From Mytilus edulis (lineage: Eukaryota): 64,000 bases of DNA. Below, one piece after another: positions 12,843-25,470 of the stretch. Within the stretch, counting starts at the first letter, position 1; every line of letters begins with the position of its first letter. The translations under genes and the position numbers were made by a program. The stretch is taken from the NCBI RefSeq assembly GCF_963676685.1, contig NC_092348.1:86118001-86182000 (forward strand). Reading direction: 5' to 3'. The notes below the pieces were generated by a model. That model saw nothing but the letters and a program-made list of their open reading frames with translations, made no database searches and was not told the origin of the DNA.

Positions 12843-13376
12843 AACTTGATATATATATATATTTTTTTAAACTTAACGTAGCTTTATTAAGCCCTTATCA
12901 AGACTCAAAGCAGCATCATTGCCGAACACAAGATTCATTTAAAAATTAAGGTCTTTCCTAATCGACTTGACTTGCACAGAAATGTTTGCCACTGGTCTTT
13001 ACTCAAACAACGATTCACTCATAAATGAATTACTTAAAAAGTGTAAGGTAAATGTATTGTTTGTCTAGTACATGTATCTCGGATCCGTTAAATTACCCTT
13101 AAAACTAAAAAAAACCATTATCCCCTCCCTTTGCCAAATACTCCTTGGAGAAGAAATACCATTTGAAACAAACAGAAAAGATAGGAATATAATGATCCCT
13201 AATATATCATTCCTTCTTCTCCTTCAATCTCTGTACCGATGTAATGCATTGGCTTTATGAGAATAAAAATATATATTCCTCGCCTGTAAGCACGCTGCTT
13301 CAGCCTACGTTTCTAAAGCTTAATCGAGACATCTTTATTATTTTTAAACTACTGCAAATCATCAAAATGGCTTTCA

Positions 13377-13648
13377 TAAAGAAACAACCACTTAACTTAA
13401 AAAAGGGGGGTTATTTTGTTAATTTATCTGAGCCAGAAATTTTTCCGCGCAAACGTTTTATTCCGGTTTTTTTTTCGATGCTGGTAATCAAATTTTTTTC
13501 AACATTTAACACTATAATGTATGGGGAAACTCTTGATTTAGAATATTTTTGTATCATCTGTAGGACTTTTTTTTATCCAATTGGCCGGGTTCGGCATATT
13601 TCCATCGATACCCCCCACCTGATTTGAAGTCAAATGGTCGTTCCCTTA
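13377..13648. mobile_element. Degenerate MITE
   Basis: Imperfect TIRs TAAAGAAACAACCACTTAACTT / AAGTCAAATGGTCGTTCCCTTA. Confidence 0.55.
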
Positions 13649-13729
13649 CTGCTAGAAAAGTTGTCCGAAAACTTTGCATTCGGTTCTGCGTAATGAACAG
13701 TTAAATGACATAGAGTTTACAAGTGTTAA

Positions 13730-14311
13730 GGTTCATGTGGACTCTATGGCTAAAATGGCCGTAATTTCACCTCAAAATTTTCTCTGAGTACAGGCAAACC
13801 TGTGAATCTGGAAAAGTTTAAAGGCATAGCATGCCCTAGATAAATAGAATTCAAATGCATTGTATGATTTAGAAATTTCATAACTTAACTGGATTTTGCT
13901 GTACACTTTTTTTCGTCTCTGCAGAAGATGATAAAATTAACAAACAGTTGAGTTTACCTTGATATGGTCCACTCAGGTACACAGTTTAAATAACCAATTA
14001 TTGTCAGGTATCTATTGTCCATCTAATGTCCATGTCAATTAAAAATGCTCACTTTAATTTTTACCTGTGGGGAAGTTCTCAAACCTGTTTCCCAACTTAG
14101 TTTATTTTGGCACCTTCTGGAGGAATGAAAAAAAGTGCACGGCAAAATCCTGGTAAGTTTTTATTTTTCTAAAACATAAAACATATTTAACATTCATTTA
14201 TCTAGGGCATGCTATGCCTGAAAAAATGTACAGATGCGCAGGCTTGTCTGTACTCAGAGTAAATTTTGAGGTGAAAATACGGTCATTTTAGCCATAGGGT
14301 CCACATGAACC
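13730..14311. mobile_element. Kolobok-type MITE with ~200-bp imperfect TIRs
   Basis: TTAA|GGTTCATGTGGA...TCCACATGAACC|TTAA; TTAA TSD with RR termini. Confidence 0.85.
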
Positions 14312-14542
14312 TTAACAAATCTTATGTACAGGTAATTAAACAAGGTGTTTAGATGTGAACAAATTTAATGTGAAACCAATGTCCAGTACATTAAACTGAT
14401 TGTAAACAAGTTTACTGTACATGGCGTTTGGTGTGAACACGGCCTTGGATGACCGACATGATATGTGTGAGATTCAACTCACTACCGACTCGTTTGCACA
14501 GTCTTTATATCTTTAAATACCAGAATCGATCTATAAATGTTA

Positions 14543-15378
14543 GGCCGTGTTTACACCAAACGCCATGTACAGTAAACTTGTTTACAATTAGTTTAATATA
14601 CTCGATTAAGCATTAGAAAACGTAGGCTGCAGCAGCGTGCTTACAGGCGAAGAATATATATTTTTTATTCTAATAAAGCCAATGCATTACATCGGTACAG
14701 AGATTGAAGGAGAAGAAGGAATGATATATTAGGGATCACTAAATTCCTATCTTTTCTGTTTGTTTCAAATGGTATTTTTTCTCCAAGGAGTATTTGACAA
14801 AGGGAGGGGGTAATGTTGTTTTTTTTAGTTTTAAGGGTAATTTAACGGATCCGAGATACATGTACTAGACAAGCTATACATTTACCTCACAATTTTTAAG
14901 TAATGCATTTATGAGTGAATCGTTGTTTGAGTAAAGACCAGTGGCAAACATTTCTGTGCAAGTCAAGTCGATTCGGAAAGACCTTAATTTTCAAATGAAT
15001 TATGTGTTCGGCAATGATGCTGCTTGTGCGTCTTGATAGGGGCTTAATAAAGCTACGTTAAGTTATATATATATGTCAAGTTTAGACAAATATTTCTGTA
15101 AAGAACTTTATCAATAATTGTTATAAATATCAATTTTATTCAAAAATTGTTTCTTCCTTAAATATACACGGTGAAACTAATGTTTTAAATGCCTAGTTTT
15201 GTGTACACTTAATCTACACAAGGCCTACATCGAGTATCGACTGCATGTAGACAAAACATGTTTTACACTACACTACTACTGTAAACATTGAATTTTATCA
15301 ATGGGAACGTAATTTTGTTTAGTTTACGTGTGAGTTACACTTACACAACACCGAGTTTAGGTCAATGTGAACACGGCC
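14543..15378. mobile_element. PIF/Harbinger-type MITE copy 2 (836 bp, inverted relative to copy 1)
   Basis: TIRs GGCCGTGTTTACA / TGTGAACACGGCC; TSD TTA on both sides. Confidence 0.88.
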
Positions 15379-18099
15379 TTAGATACCAGAAATCTTATCT
15401 ATAGATTAGCCGATTGTGTCTTTTTCCGATTGAGACATTTTGTCCCGTCCCTCACTTGTCGTCTATTACTTCTTTATTGAGTTCTGAGATATGAACATCA
15501 ATTCTGCGTTTATTTAATTTGCTGAAATTTTAAATATTTTGGAAATTAAAGAGAAATTGTTTGTCAAAATATGAAACTGGTGAATAGTTCTGAAACCATG
15601 TCTCGATTTAGCTATTCTTGTGGTCCTTACTTGAGTACGTTGTTTTATTCAACACATTTTGTCCCAGCCTTCGGTTCCTTTTTGAATCTGTTCCTACATT
15701 TTTTTTAATTAACATTGTATTCATATTGTGTCATAGATTAAACTTATTCGTTCAGTTTATGTTAATTTGTTTTTGTTTACATGTCTTTCTGATCAAAATA
15801 AAACCATTTCAATTGATATTAAATGTTGTCTTGTTTATGTTGTAATGTTAATACACTGCTGTCTCAGGTTAGGGCACAGGTTTGCACTTGTTAAAGCGTT
15901 TAAACTTGCTGCATTGCTATGCACATGTCTTAAGTCAGGAGCCTGTTGTTTAGTGGTTGTCGTTTGTTGGTGTTGTGCACAAATGTTTTTTTATAATTTT
16001 ATATATATTTTTTATATAAACAAGACTGTTGGTTTTCCTGTTTCGAATGTTTTAGACAAGTCATTTTGGGTCCATTTATAGCTTTGTGTTCTACGTCAGC
16101 CAAGCCTCTATATTGATGGCTGTAGTTAGACTTAGAACTGTGAATTTTTAAATGGTGACTTAGTGAGTTGTCTCATTGGCACTCATACCCCATCCTTTTA
16201 TCTATATATTGTTTAACAAAAAATAGTTGTGTTTTGTAGATACACATTACTTGTTTTCGGGAATGAAAAATTTACTTTGTAGAAAATCGTCCCGATTCCG
16301 AAAATAGGATACAGGTACATCGAGGTTAATATCATCAAAATGCTGGACTTTTGATCGACAACATATTGGTGAACTAGTAGTCCCCGAGGTTATCACTTAC
16401 CTAGTTCATCAGTACTTCGTGAAACTACCGTTATTGCTGTTTTTAATTTCTGTCATGTTCCTCACGCATTGATCTGATTCCTTGTTTTATTTTGACTATT
16501 CTTGTTCTGTTGCTTAAACTATGTAAGTTTTTTCTTAGGTTTTGGATTTTAGAATAATTTGTCCATGAGCGTTAATTATCGAAAAACGCATACGGGAAAG
16601 TATAATTGGTACCGTTAATGTTATCATTTACCACTGGGTCGATCTGTTGGTGCAATGTAAACAATCCAAGTGTTTTACCAATGCAGTAGCTCAGAACTTT
16701 GATACTGGCATGCCATTATGGATATTGATTTGTAAAAAATTATCGAAATACCAATGTTACTATCTTTATGACGTTGTGATTAAATGTCTGGATTTGGCGA
16801 TTCTTTTTAGTTCTTTTAGTAATATCTGCTCTGCAGCGATTGAAAATTTGGTTTTTAATTTTCAACTATATTTGGTCTCGAGCTTTGTTAAAGATACTAG
16901 TACATTAATTGCAAATGTCAATCTGGTGCAATGAAATTGGATAATTTGATTACTACTATTATATCGCTTATTCGATACCCCTGCTGTTGGATTGTTATTC
17001 ATCGATAACAGGACCACTGCAGCAGAATGGTACTTTGGTACTTATATAGGAACATATACTATTGTTTTAAGTTGCAAATAAACGAAAATCATCTGCTTAG
17101 TCGTACAAGGATTTTTTGTAAAAAAAACAATATCACACAACTATTTGTTGACGCATTTTTGACAATGACTTTTATGTAAAAAATATAAACATTGAATATC
17201 TTCTCTTTCATATTTCGAACTTTATATGACATAAGTATAACAAAAATAACGACTATTAATTTCCACCAACGCAAATGTTGTGGCGACCTATTTGTAGAGT
17301 AGCTATGAGGCCTTTGATTCGACATTCATTAGAATTTAACAGCTAATTGCATTTGTGAAACTGAACAACTTTGATGTCAGGCAGTGCTTTTTATGCCTTT
17401 GGACATTAAATTTGAGATGTAGTTTTTTGTTGTTGTTTTAACCTTGTTTATTAACTTTCCAAAACAAATTAAGAATTTCAGCCTTATTGAACTTTTTGTA
17501 ATTAATTATTATATAAATGTCTTGTAACCAAAATACTGTAAAGTAAGAGGTTTACATATCCGTTAGCTAAACTTCCCACGATAGTGTAACTTCTGAAAGG
17601 TCAACTGCCTTTGTAATAGAAGACATGTCTCTGAGGAAAGAGAAACATAAACCAGTAACTAAATTAAGATAAAGACATGAAGTACAATTAACTAGGAAGA
17701 ATTTAACTATTTAACCTTTAACAGTTCGGAAGAAATAAAGGCTAAACTGAAGACGAAATCCGTCAAATTGACGAAACAATTAATTTCGGCCCACGGAAAC
17801 TGTAAGTCGTGCAGTCAATTAGCGAATATCATTGGTTTTAAATTGGTTTAGTAATATATGTCCAATTCAAATCAAGTTATCGTTGACCTTTACGAAGTCG
17901 TTCAGATGAATATCAAATCCACACCACATACATTGACTCAATACTTTGGAAACACTTAAATATAGGCTATGTCTGAACAGTCTGTGCAGGGTTTTATCTT
18001 TCAACGGAACTTTCATAAGAAATGATAAAAAATAGTGTTATCAAATATCAATAATACAGCTTAATGAGAGAAATTGTATCTACTATCAAATAGATGGCT

Positions 18100-18420
18100 T
18101 AACGAAAAGGGATTTTATCAAATATTAATGAGATAGCTTCCATTTCTATGTAGCAACTTCCAGCAATACTTGCATATGGAGTATATATATCTCACAATTG
18201 ATAAAATATTCCAGAGCTTGAATTTGCTATCATGCATGAATTCTTTGAAAGAAGGTTGCCACTAAAAAGAAAGCTTTTAATCAAGTTTCAAGTTGAGATC
18301 ATCCCTTCGAAAATGTTACCGTTATGAAATAACGGTTTCACATTTGAAGACGGATATTTTCTTATTGCCAAAAGTTCATGATATGTCGTCCTCTTTCTCG
18401 AATGTAATCTACTAATTGAC
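18100..18420 (+). mobile_element. Old decayed Penelope-like 3' fragment
   Basis: Similar to 24880-25200 (FPFLCSN..., YGVYISQLI remnants). 3'-UTR-only remnants also at 30878-31045(+) and 53690-54025(-). Confidence 0.65.
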
Positions 18421-20941
18421 CTGTTTTATTGTTTGTATTGCTTCTGTACTTAATATTCGGTTATCCATCTAATAAAATATATATGTTTTGTTAAATTTGG
18501 TACCATCACATTTGGTTTTAGACTGTAACAGTAAACATTAGTTCTAACTATTTTTATTAATGCATATGTTATATATAAGAGTTGTCGGTCTGAAATATGG
18601 TTTACTGGTGACATGGAAGCGCATTAAATCTTTTCTAGGCTGCAAGTATTAAGTGAGTGGCTTCGAAAAATGACATTGCGTTTTTATATTATTCTGTTAA
18701 AATGTTTTAGTGTATTAGATTTTTGCAGAAAACATACGCGAGTGTATCTTATTATTGCACACCTGTATCCACTTGAGTTTAACAGACTACAATCGAACTT
18801 CACGGCATGTGATACCATAAGAATCAATCAGGGATAAGGAAGCAGAGAAGGAACGGGGTTGTCATCCAAAGGCCAAATGTGAGTTCAACAGACGACAATC
18901 AGTGCAACGTCAATTGACATGTTTGAGCTTTTGAATTTTCCATTTGATAAAATGCTTTCCGTTTATCATTTGATAAAATGATTTTCGTTTATCATTTGAT
19001 AAAGAATTTTCCTTGGAGATTGGTAATTTTGCTTGTTTACTCTTTCCAGGGATAATATACTAGTCCGTTAGTTATATCAACGAGACAAAAACAACAGCAA
19101 TGTTAAAATAAACTTTATTAATTTAATCATTTGGACCATAAAAAAATTAAAGAATAAAAGATTATTCTTTCCTTTGTCTTATATACGAATTTTATTTACT
19201 GCTTAAACATTGGGTGTAAATAAGGCTATGTTTATTTAAGTAAATTTCCCCCGTGGAATCGTACTTCCGCAATATATCGTTATACTTTTTTTTCCATCAA
19301 ATTTCGTTGTATTTACAATGATGCAAAGGATTGTATTTTCATCTTGCTTCAGGTTTTTTTTTTATCACTGAATATATATTACAGTCATCGAAATATGTGA
19401 TGTCATTGCAAACACACAAATCTTACTAAAATGAGATATGTAAACACTTTTGATAGAAACCAACGAATCATTACAACCTAGGAAAGGAAAAGGATTGATA
19501 GGAAAACTCGTCCTGAATAATGTCACCTCGTCAACAATGTTAACCAATAAAAAAAGACGGTTTGCATACTTGTAGAATTTAAGCTGAATAATTTTCGTCT
19601 GCAAATAACTCGTAGACTAACATGATGAAACGATTTTTTTTAAAATGTTTTTTCTAATGTTATTCTGTTCTAATTTTGTACCTTATAGATCTGCCACGCC
19701 CTCAACCTCAACATGCAAAACCGGTCATAACAAGACGAAATTTAAACCATATGAAGAATGACTTTTAACATTGCACTGTCCAACCTAACAGTCAATTAAC
19801 ATAAGTTTACCTTGTTAAAGACTTCTAATGTTTCCATTCACAAATTTTCCTCAGGTATTTATTTTGTTTACAAAATTAAAAGGCTAAATTTGATGTAAAG
19901 TTGTAACACAGTTCCTAAAAGTGAATGTAAAAATTAGTGTACAATATTTTAGACAACGAACTCCATTTCCTCTACAGGTAATCGTACTCTATATTATATA
20001 ACTTTTGGTAATGGTTTCTGCTTAAGCTGTAAAATAATCTCTAAAAAATTGTTTCATTTCGCTGAGATAGTCAAAATAGGAAAGATGATAAAAAAATGTA
20101 AAATTAGAGAGTATAAACTATACACTTGATAGTTTTCTGGACAATTATAGATATATCCATCAATTCGAAATGGTATTTAGTACACACGTTTTTGTGGTCT
20201 TGGTTTTAGACACCATTCAGTCAGATGATCTTTAATGTTACTGACTGTATTTTATTCCCTAAAGCGGCTAATGCGTGCATGCATTTCAGCTTGGTTTATC
20301 TGTATAATCCTTCTATCATATACTATTTTTTTACGGTGATGTTGTCTTTAAAGCCTGTAAATTCAGTTACGGTCCACGTCAACTCGTATATCTTTTGATC
20401 AAGCTATACATGAAGGTTATGATAATGTATCAAAATGAAAACTTCCGTAATGAGATCTTTAAATATTGCATTTACAGGTAATAAATAACATTGATTTTAA
20501 TTTGTATATATGAAAATATATTGCTAAACAGTTTAAGCGTTCACCTGAATGTACTTGTATTTTGTCGTTTCAAATGGTTTTCACCAGATAGAATATTTCT
20601 CTAATCAATTGATTGTCACTACAGATGTAGGACAGTGGTATAGTATATGTATTTAGTGTGATATTGAAAGTATTTTAATATGGATAAAGTCAAAAATGCA
20701 AATAGATATAAGAAGATGTGGTAAGAGTGTCAATTAGACAACACTCCATACAAGTCACAATTTGTAATAATAAACCACTAAAGTTCAAAGTACGGAGCCT
20801 TGGGTCACACCGAACAACAAGCTGTAAAGGGCCCCAAAAATGTAAAACCAAACAGGAAAAGGAACGGTCTGGTCTATATAAAAAAAACCGAGAAAGCAGA
20901 AACACTTATGAGCCACATCAACAAGTGACAACAATTCAACA

Positions 20942-21024
20942 TCAGGTTTCTGACTAAGGACAGGTGCAAACAAATGCAGCGGGTTTGAACGTATGAATAG
21001 GTACCAACCCTCACCCTTACCTGA
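20942..21024 (-). ncRNA. Type-P5 twister-like motif, slightly degenerate
   Basis: Minus strand TCAGG-TAA-GGGT-GAGGG...CAA-ACCC-GC-TGCATTTGTTTGCA-CCTG-TCCTTAGT-CAGA-AA-CCTGA; P2 covaries (GGGT/ACCC). Confidence 0.6.
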
Positions 21025-24000
21025 AATAATGGTGTAACATCGCAACATAGAAAGACACACTTTAAAAAAGATATCAATTGAAATGGCTGAACTCAACCAA
21101 AGGACATATTAACACTAACAAGTGAAACAGTTCGTGCTTTGTTTGTCAGATCTTGTAAGTCATACGTATTTTGAAGGAAAAAAATCATAGATTGTAACAC
21201 TTGAGAGTATTGTAATCATTTGTTTAACATTGTTTTAGATCAAATAACTCGTGTTTTTCTAACCATCAATTAAATTGTACATCTATTAATTAAGATATAA
21301 ACCATTTAAATGGGAAGGTAAAATTTTATTTTTTTACCACATTACCCATCTTAAAAGCATTTCATATGTTCTGTGTTGCCAATCTTTAATATGATATTTT
21401 CTTTGATCTAGTACAATATTCCTCCGGCCAATGCCAATTGACAAATGTCCAAATACCAAGGTTATTATCCTTTTCTTTCCAGATGTTACATGTCTAAATC
21501 TTTACTGCCCGAATGATTTGTGGTGTTGCACTAAGTCCTTTCCATGACAGGCCTACTAAATTAAGTCCTTACCGTCAATCTAGTACTATGTCATGTAAAC
21601 AATTAGTTACTATAGATATACTATAGATATACTGACATCTTAACGATTATTATGATAGTAAATTATTGCAATGTTATTGAGAGCTTATGAAATCTGCAGT
21701 AGATTGGTACACCTTTGCAAGTGCGACATGATTATTGACAGGTTTTTTGTATGAAAACAAATTAGAAGCTGACGGGTATCATTTGCAAGGGGAAAGTCGC
21801 GATGCATGTCTTGTCTTGTATGCACTGATTTTGAAAGTACAGGTAAATTAATTTAGTATCAAGTGTTCGTTTCAGAATAAAACTTAACAGTATGATGTAC
21901 TAATTAGTAATACAGCATACAGATGCAACAGTCATTAAAACATATCAAAGTTCAATGTATATACAAATAAAAAATACGTCAATTCCCAATGTGGAATTAA
22001 TTCCAATGTCCCCTACTTGAAGTATTGTATGTTACCCACATTTCATCTGGAACCATCGTCTCTCATTTGAAAAACTGACCTCAGTTATTTATTGTTTATT
22101 GTGTAAAACGTACAGGAGATTGGTAAATAAAGGCAACAGTAGTATACCGCTGTTCGAGATTCATAAATCTAAAGAGAAAAACAAATCCGAGTTACAAGCT
22201 AAAACTGAGGGAAACGCATCAAATATAAGAGAAATACGACACAACAGAAACACAACATTAAAATGCAACACACAAAGAAACGAACATTAATATAACAATG
22301 ACCATTTCCCTGACTTAGTACAGGGCATTTTAAGATAAAATGGTGGATTAACCTGGTTTTATGGCATGCCAAACCTCCCGCTTCGATGGCAATGTTAATT
22401 ATAACATTAAAATGAAAATATTTCATGACAGGACTACAACAATACAAATAGATGGGAGAAAATATAGGACAGAGAAACAAACGATTAATAGCCAACAACA
22501 GGTACCTGGTTAAAAATTTAATACGCCAGACGCGCACCACGTCCACGCAAGACCTACCAGCGACGCCCAGATGAAAAAAGTTTGAAAGCAAAAACACGTA
22601 CAAAGCTGAATAGTACTGAGGACCAAAATTTTCAAAAAAGTTGTGACCAAAACGGCCAGGAATATCCTTATTATTTAGAATAATACATACTTTTGCAAAC
22701 AGTAAATTTTATAAAATTACTATTAAATAGACAAACAGGATTAAACTGAAGTGGTGACTAGCTACAGAAGAAAAACGGATAAATTGCAAAAATCACAGCC
22801 TTGTTAGCCATAACCAGTATTACGCTCGAAATGACGTCAGCAAGAAATATTTACTGTTTGGCACTTAGCAAACATCGATAGATACAGCAAAGAAAAAAAA
22901 GCACTAATTTTTAAAAACTCATCTGTAACAACAGATGCTCTAAAATATTTCAGAATGATTGCCATACCAGGATGTTTTTTTGTTGATTTATTTTATTTTA
23001 AATATAGTTATAACGTTTTTATGTATAAAAATACTTTAATAAAAAAAATGCAGACTTTAAGATTAGAAGGCACAATGATTACTAAAATACTACAAACAAA
23101 ATAAAATTGATTATTCGTACTATAATAGCCGAAGTAATAACGTGACATAAGATGAGACTATGGCGATAAACTATTAGTGAATAAGAAAAGAATGGTAATT
23201 GTATATGTTTCATATTTTTGTCGGCAGAAAATACATTGCTGAAAGATCATGTGTAAATTCAAAAGAAATCGTGATGCTATGTCAATATGTTTACGACTTA
23301 AATATAAAAACGGATATAGATTTCATGTTTTATGTTGTCCTTATTTGTTGACCATGTTGAGACATTTTTTATCTATAAAAATCTCTCTTTAATGCAATTT
23401 TATGTCAGAACCCTGTAATTCAGTGGCTGTCGTTTGTTGCTGTATATTTATTTTTCGCTTATTGTTTTGTATATAAATCATACCGTAGGTGTTAACATTT
23501 GAATTGTTCTACGTTTGTCATATCCGGACTATTACAGCTTTACTCCTTGTTCAAGGTCGCAATGAGTACAACAGTTACTTACTTCGTCTTGATTTGGTCA
23601 CTGGTTGAATGTTGTCTCATGTGCAATGCTATTACATGTTCTGATTTTAACATAGTAACTTATCCGATGAGAGAGCCCTACTCGGTCACACAAGTCAAGT
23701 AGTTAAACGTAGGATGACAGAATATTGCATCATACAATGCATGTCATCACATTCAACTGGATATATTACTGATAAAGTGACGTTATAGGGTTGCAGATAT
23801 CAACTATAAATGACGAAAGAAAACTACTATCAATATAATAGAATTTTATTGTACTGTCATACTAGTGTGAGGTAGCTATACAATCCACGAAGTCAGGAAT
23901 ATGAAAGTTGTTGTCCATTAGTTTGATGTGTTCGAGATTTTGATTTTGCCATTTGATTAGGGACGACATTCAGTTTTGAATTTTACTTGGGGTTTAATAT

Positions 24001-24152
24001 TTTTGTTATTTTACTTTCAGCATTGACTCGAAGCTTAACTAGTAAAATGTATAAGGAATATACATATGTGGATTAAGAACATGTCTGTTAAAACATATGT
24101 ATTATGACTTAATGATAAAAGGTTTCATGCACCAAAACCTGAGTTATTTTAT

Positions 24153-25470
24153 CATCTATTTTATCAGCAATCAAAGACGGGCTTCAAAGTTATTGTGAAA
24201 CTGCCTATTCTAGAGGTGGCGTGAATCAGATGTGGATACTTAAAAATTCAAAAGATCTTTTAGAGTACATACAATCTAACTCTCTTTCATCTTGTAACAG
24301 TATTAAAACATTTGACTTTTCTACTCTGTACACAAGTATTCCACATTCCAAACTAAAAGACAAATTGAAAGAGTTGGTATTACTTTGCTTCATAAAAAAG
24401 AATGGCCAACATAGATACAAGTATCTTGTCTTAGGGAGGGATAAATCCTACTTTGTAAAGAATCACTCTGATTCAAACAAAAAATTCTCTGAAACTGATA
24501 TTATCAAGATGCTTGATTTCTTGATTGACAACGTATTTGTTACGTTCGGAGGACGTGTTTTTCAACAGACTGTCGGCATTCCAATGGGAACAAACTGTGC
24601 CCCTCTACTCGCAGACTTGTTTCTTTATTATTATGAGGCTGACTTCATGCAGGAACTTCTTAGGAAGAAAGATAAGAAGTTAGAAATATCCTTTAACTCT
24701 ACTTTCCGCTATATAGATGATGTTCTTTCATTAAACAATTCAAAATTTGGTGACTATGTGGAACGCATCTATCCAATCGAACTAGAGATAAAGGATACTA
24801 CAGATACAGTTAAGTCGGCTTCATATCTTGACTTACATCTAGAAATTGACAATGAGGGTCGGTTGAAAACAAAACTTTACGACAAAAGAGATGATTTCAG
24901 CTTTCCAATTGTGAACTTCCCATTTCTAAGTAGCAACATTCCAGCAGCACCTGCATACGGGGTATATATCTCCCAATTGATACGATATTCCCGTGCTTGC
25001 ATTTCCTATCATGGTTTGCTGCTCACAAGGAAGCTATTAAACCAAGAGTTCCAAATGGTGAAGTTGAAATCATCCTTTCGTAAATTTTACGGACGCCATC
25101 ACGAGTTGGTTGACCGTTATGGAATAACCGTATCACAAATGATATTGGATATGTTCCTTACATCGTAACTACAATCCCCTTCCCTTTCATGAATATGACC
25201 TACCGAATTAGGCTATTTGCCGGATTTGTAATCACATAAGCAACACGACGGGTGCCACATGTGGAGCAGGATCTGCTTACCCTTCCGGAGCACCTGAGAT
25301 CACCCCTAGTTTTTTGGTGGGGTTCGTGTTGTTTATTCTTTAGTTTTCTATGTTGTGTCGTGTGTATTATTGTTTTTCTGTTTGTCTTTTTCATTTTTAG
25401 CCATGGCGTTGTAGGTTTGTTTTAGATTAATGAGTTTGACTGTCCCTTTGGTATCTTTCGTCCCTCTTTT
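24153..25470 (+). mobile_element. Penelope-like retroelement, 5'-truncated: RT/thumb ORF (24221-25168) plus 3' UTR
   Basis: DFSTLYTSIPH, GIPMGTNCAPLLADLFL, FRYIDDVL, YLDLHL, LYDKRDDF. The ORF stops without a GIY-YIG domain. It has a 15-nt in-frame deletion (DFLDR) relative to the 12.3-12.8 kb copy. Confidence 0.9.

Larger units (their letters stand above)
12004..14444. mobile_element. PIF/Harbinger-type MITE copy 1 with nested insertions
   Basis: TIRs GGCTGTGTTCACA / TGTGAACACGGCC; TSD TTG on both sides; insertions at 12304-12842 and ~13329-14386. Confidence 0.85.

Noticed and set aside
12004-15378. One giant foldback transposon
   Set aside because: Each arm has its own pair of TIRs and a different TSD, so these are two elements
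25169-25470. Hammerhead or SECIS in the PLE 3' UTR
   Set aside because: No CUGANGA/GAAA core and no convincing AUGA..AA..GA stem found
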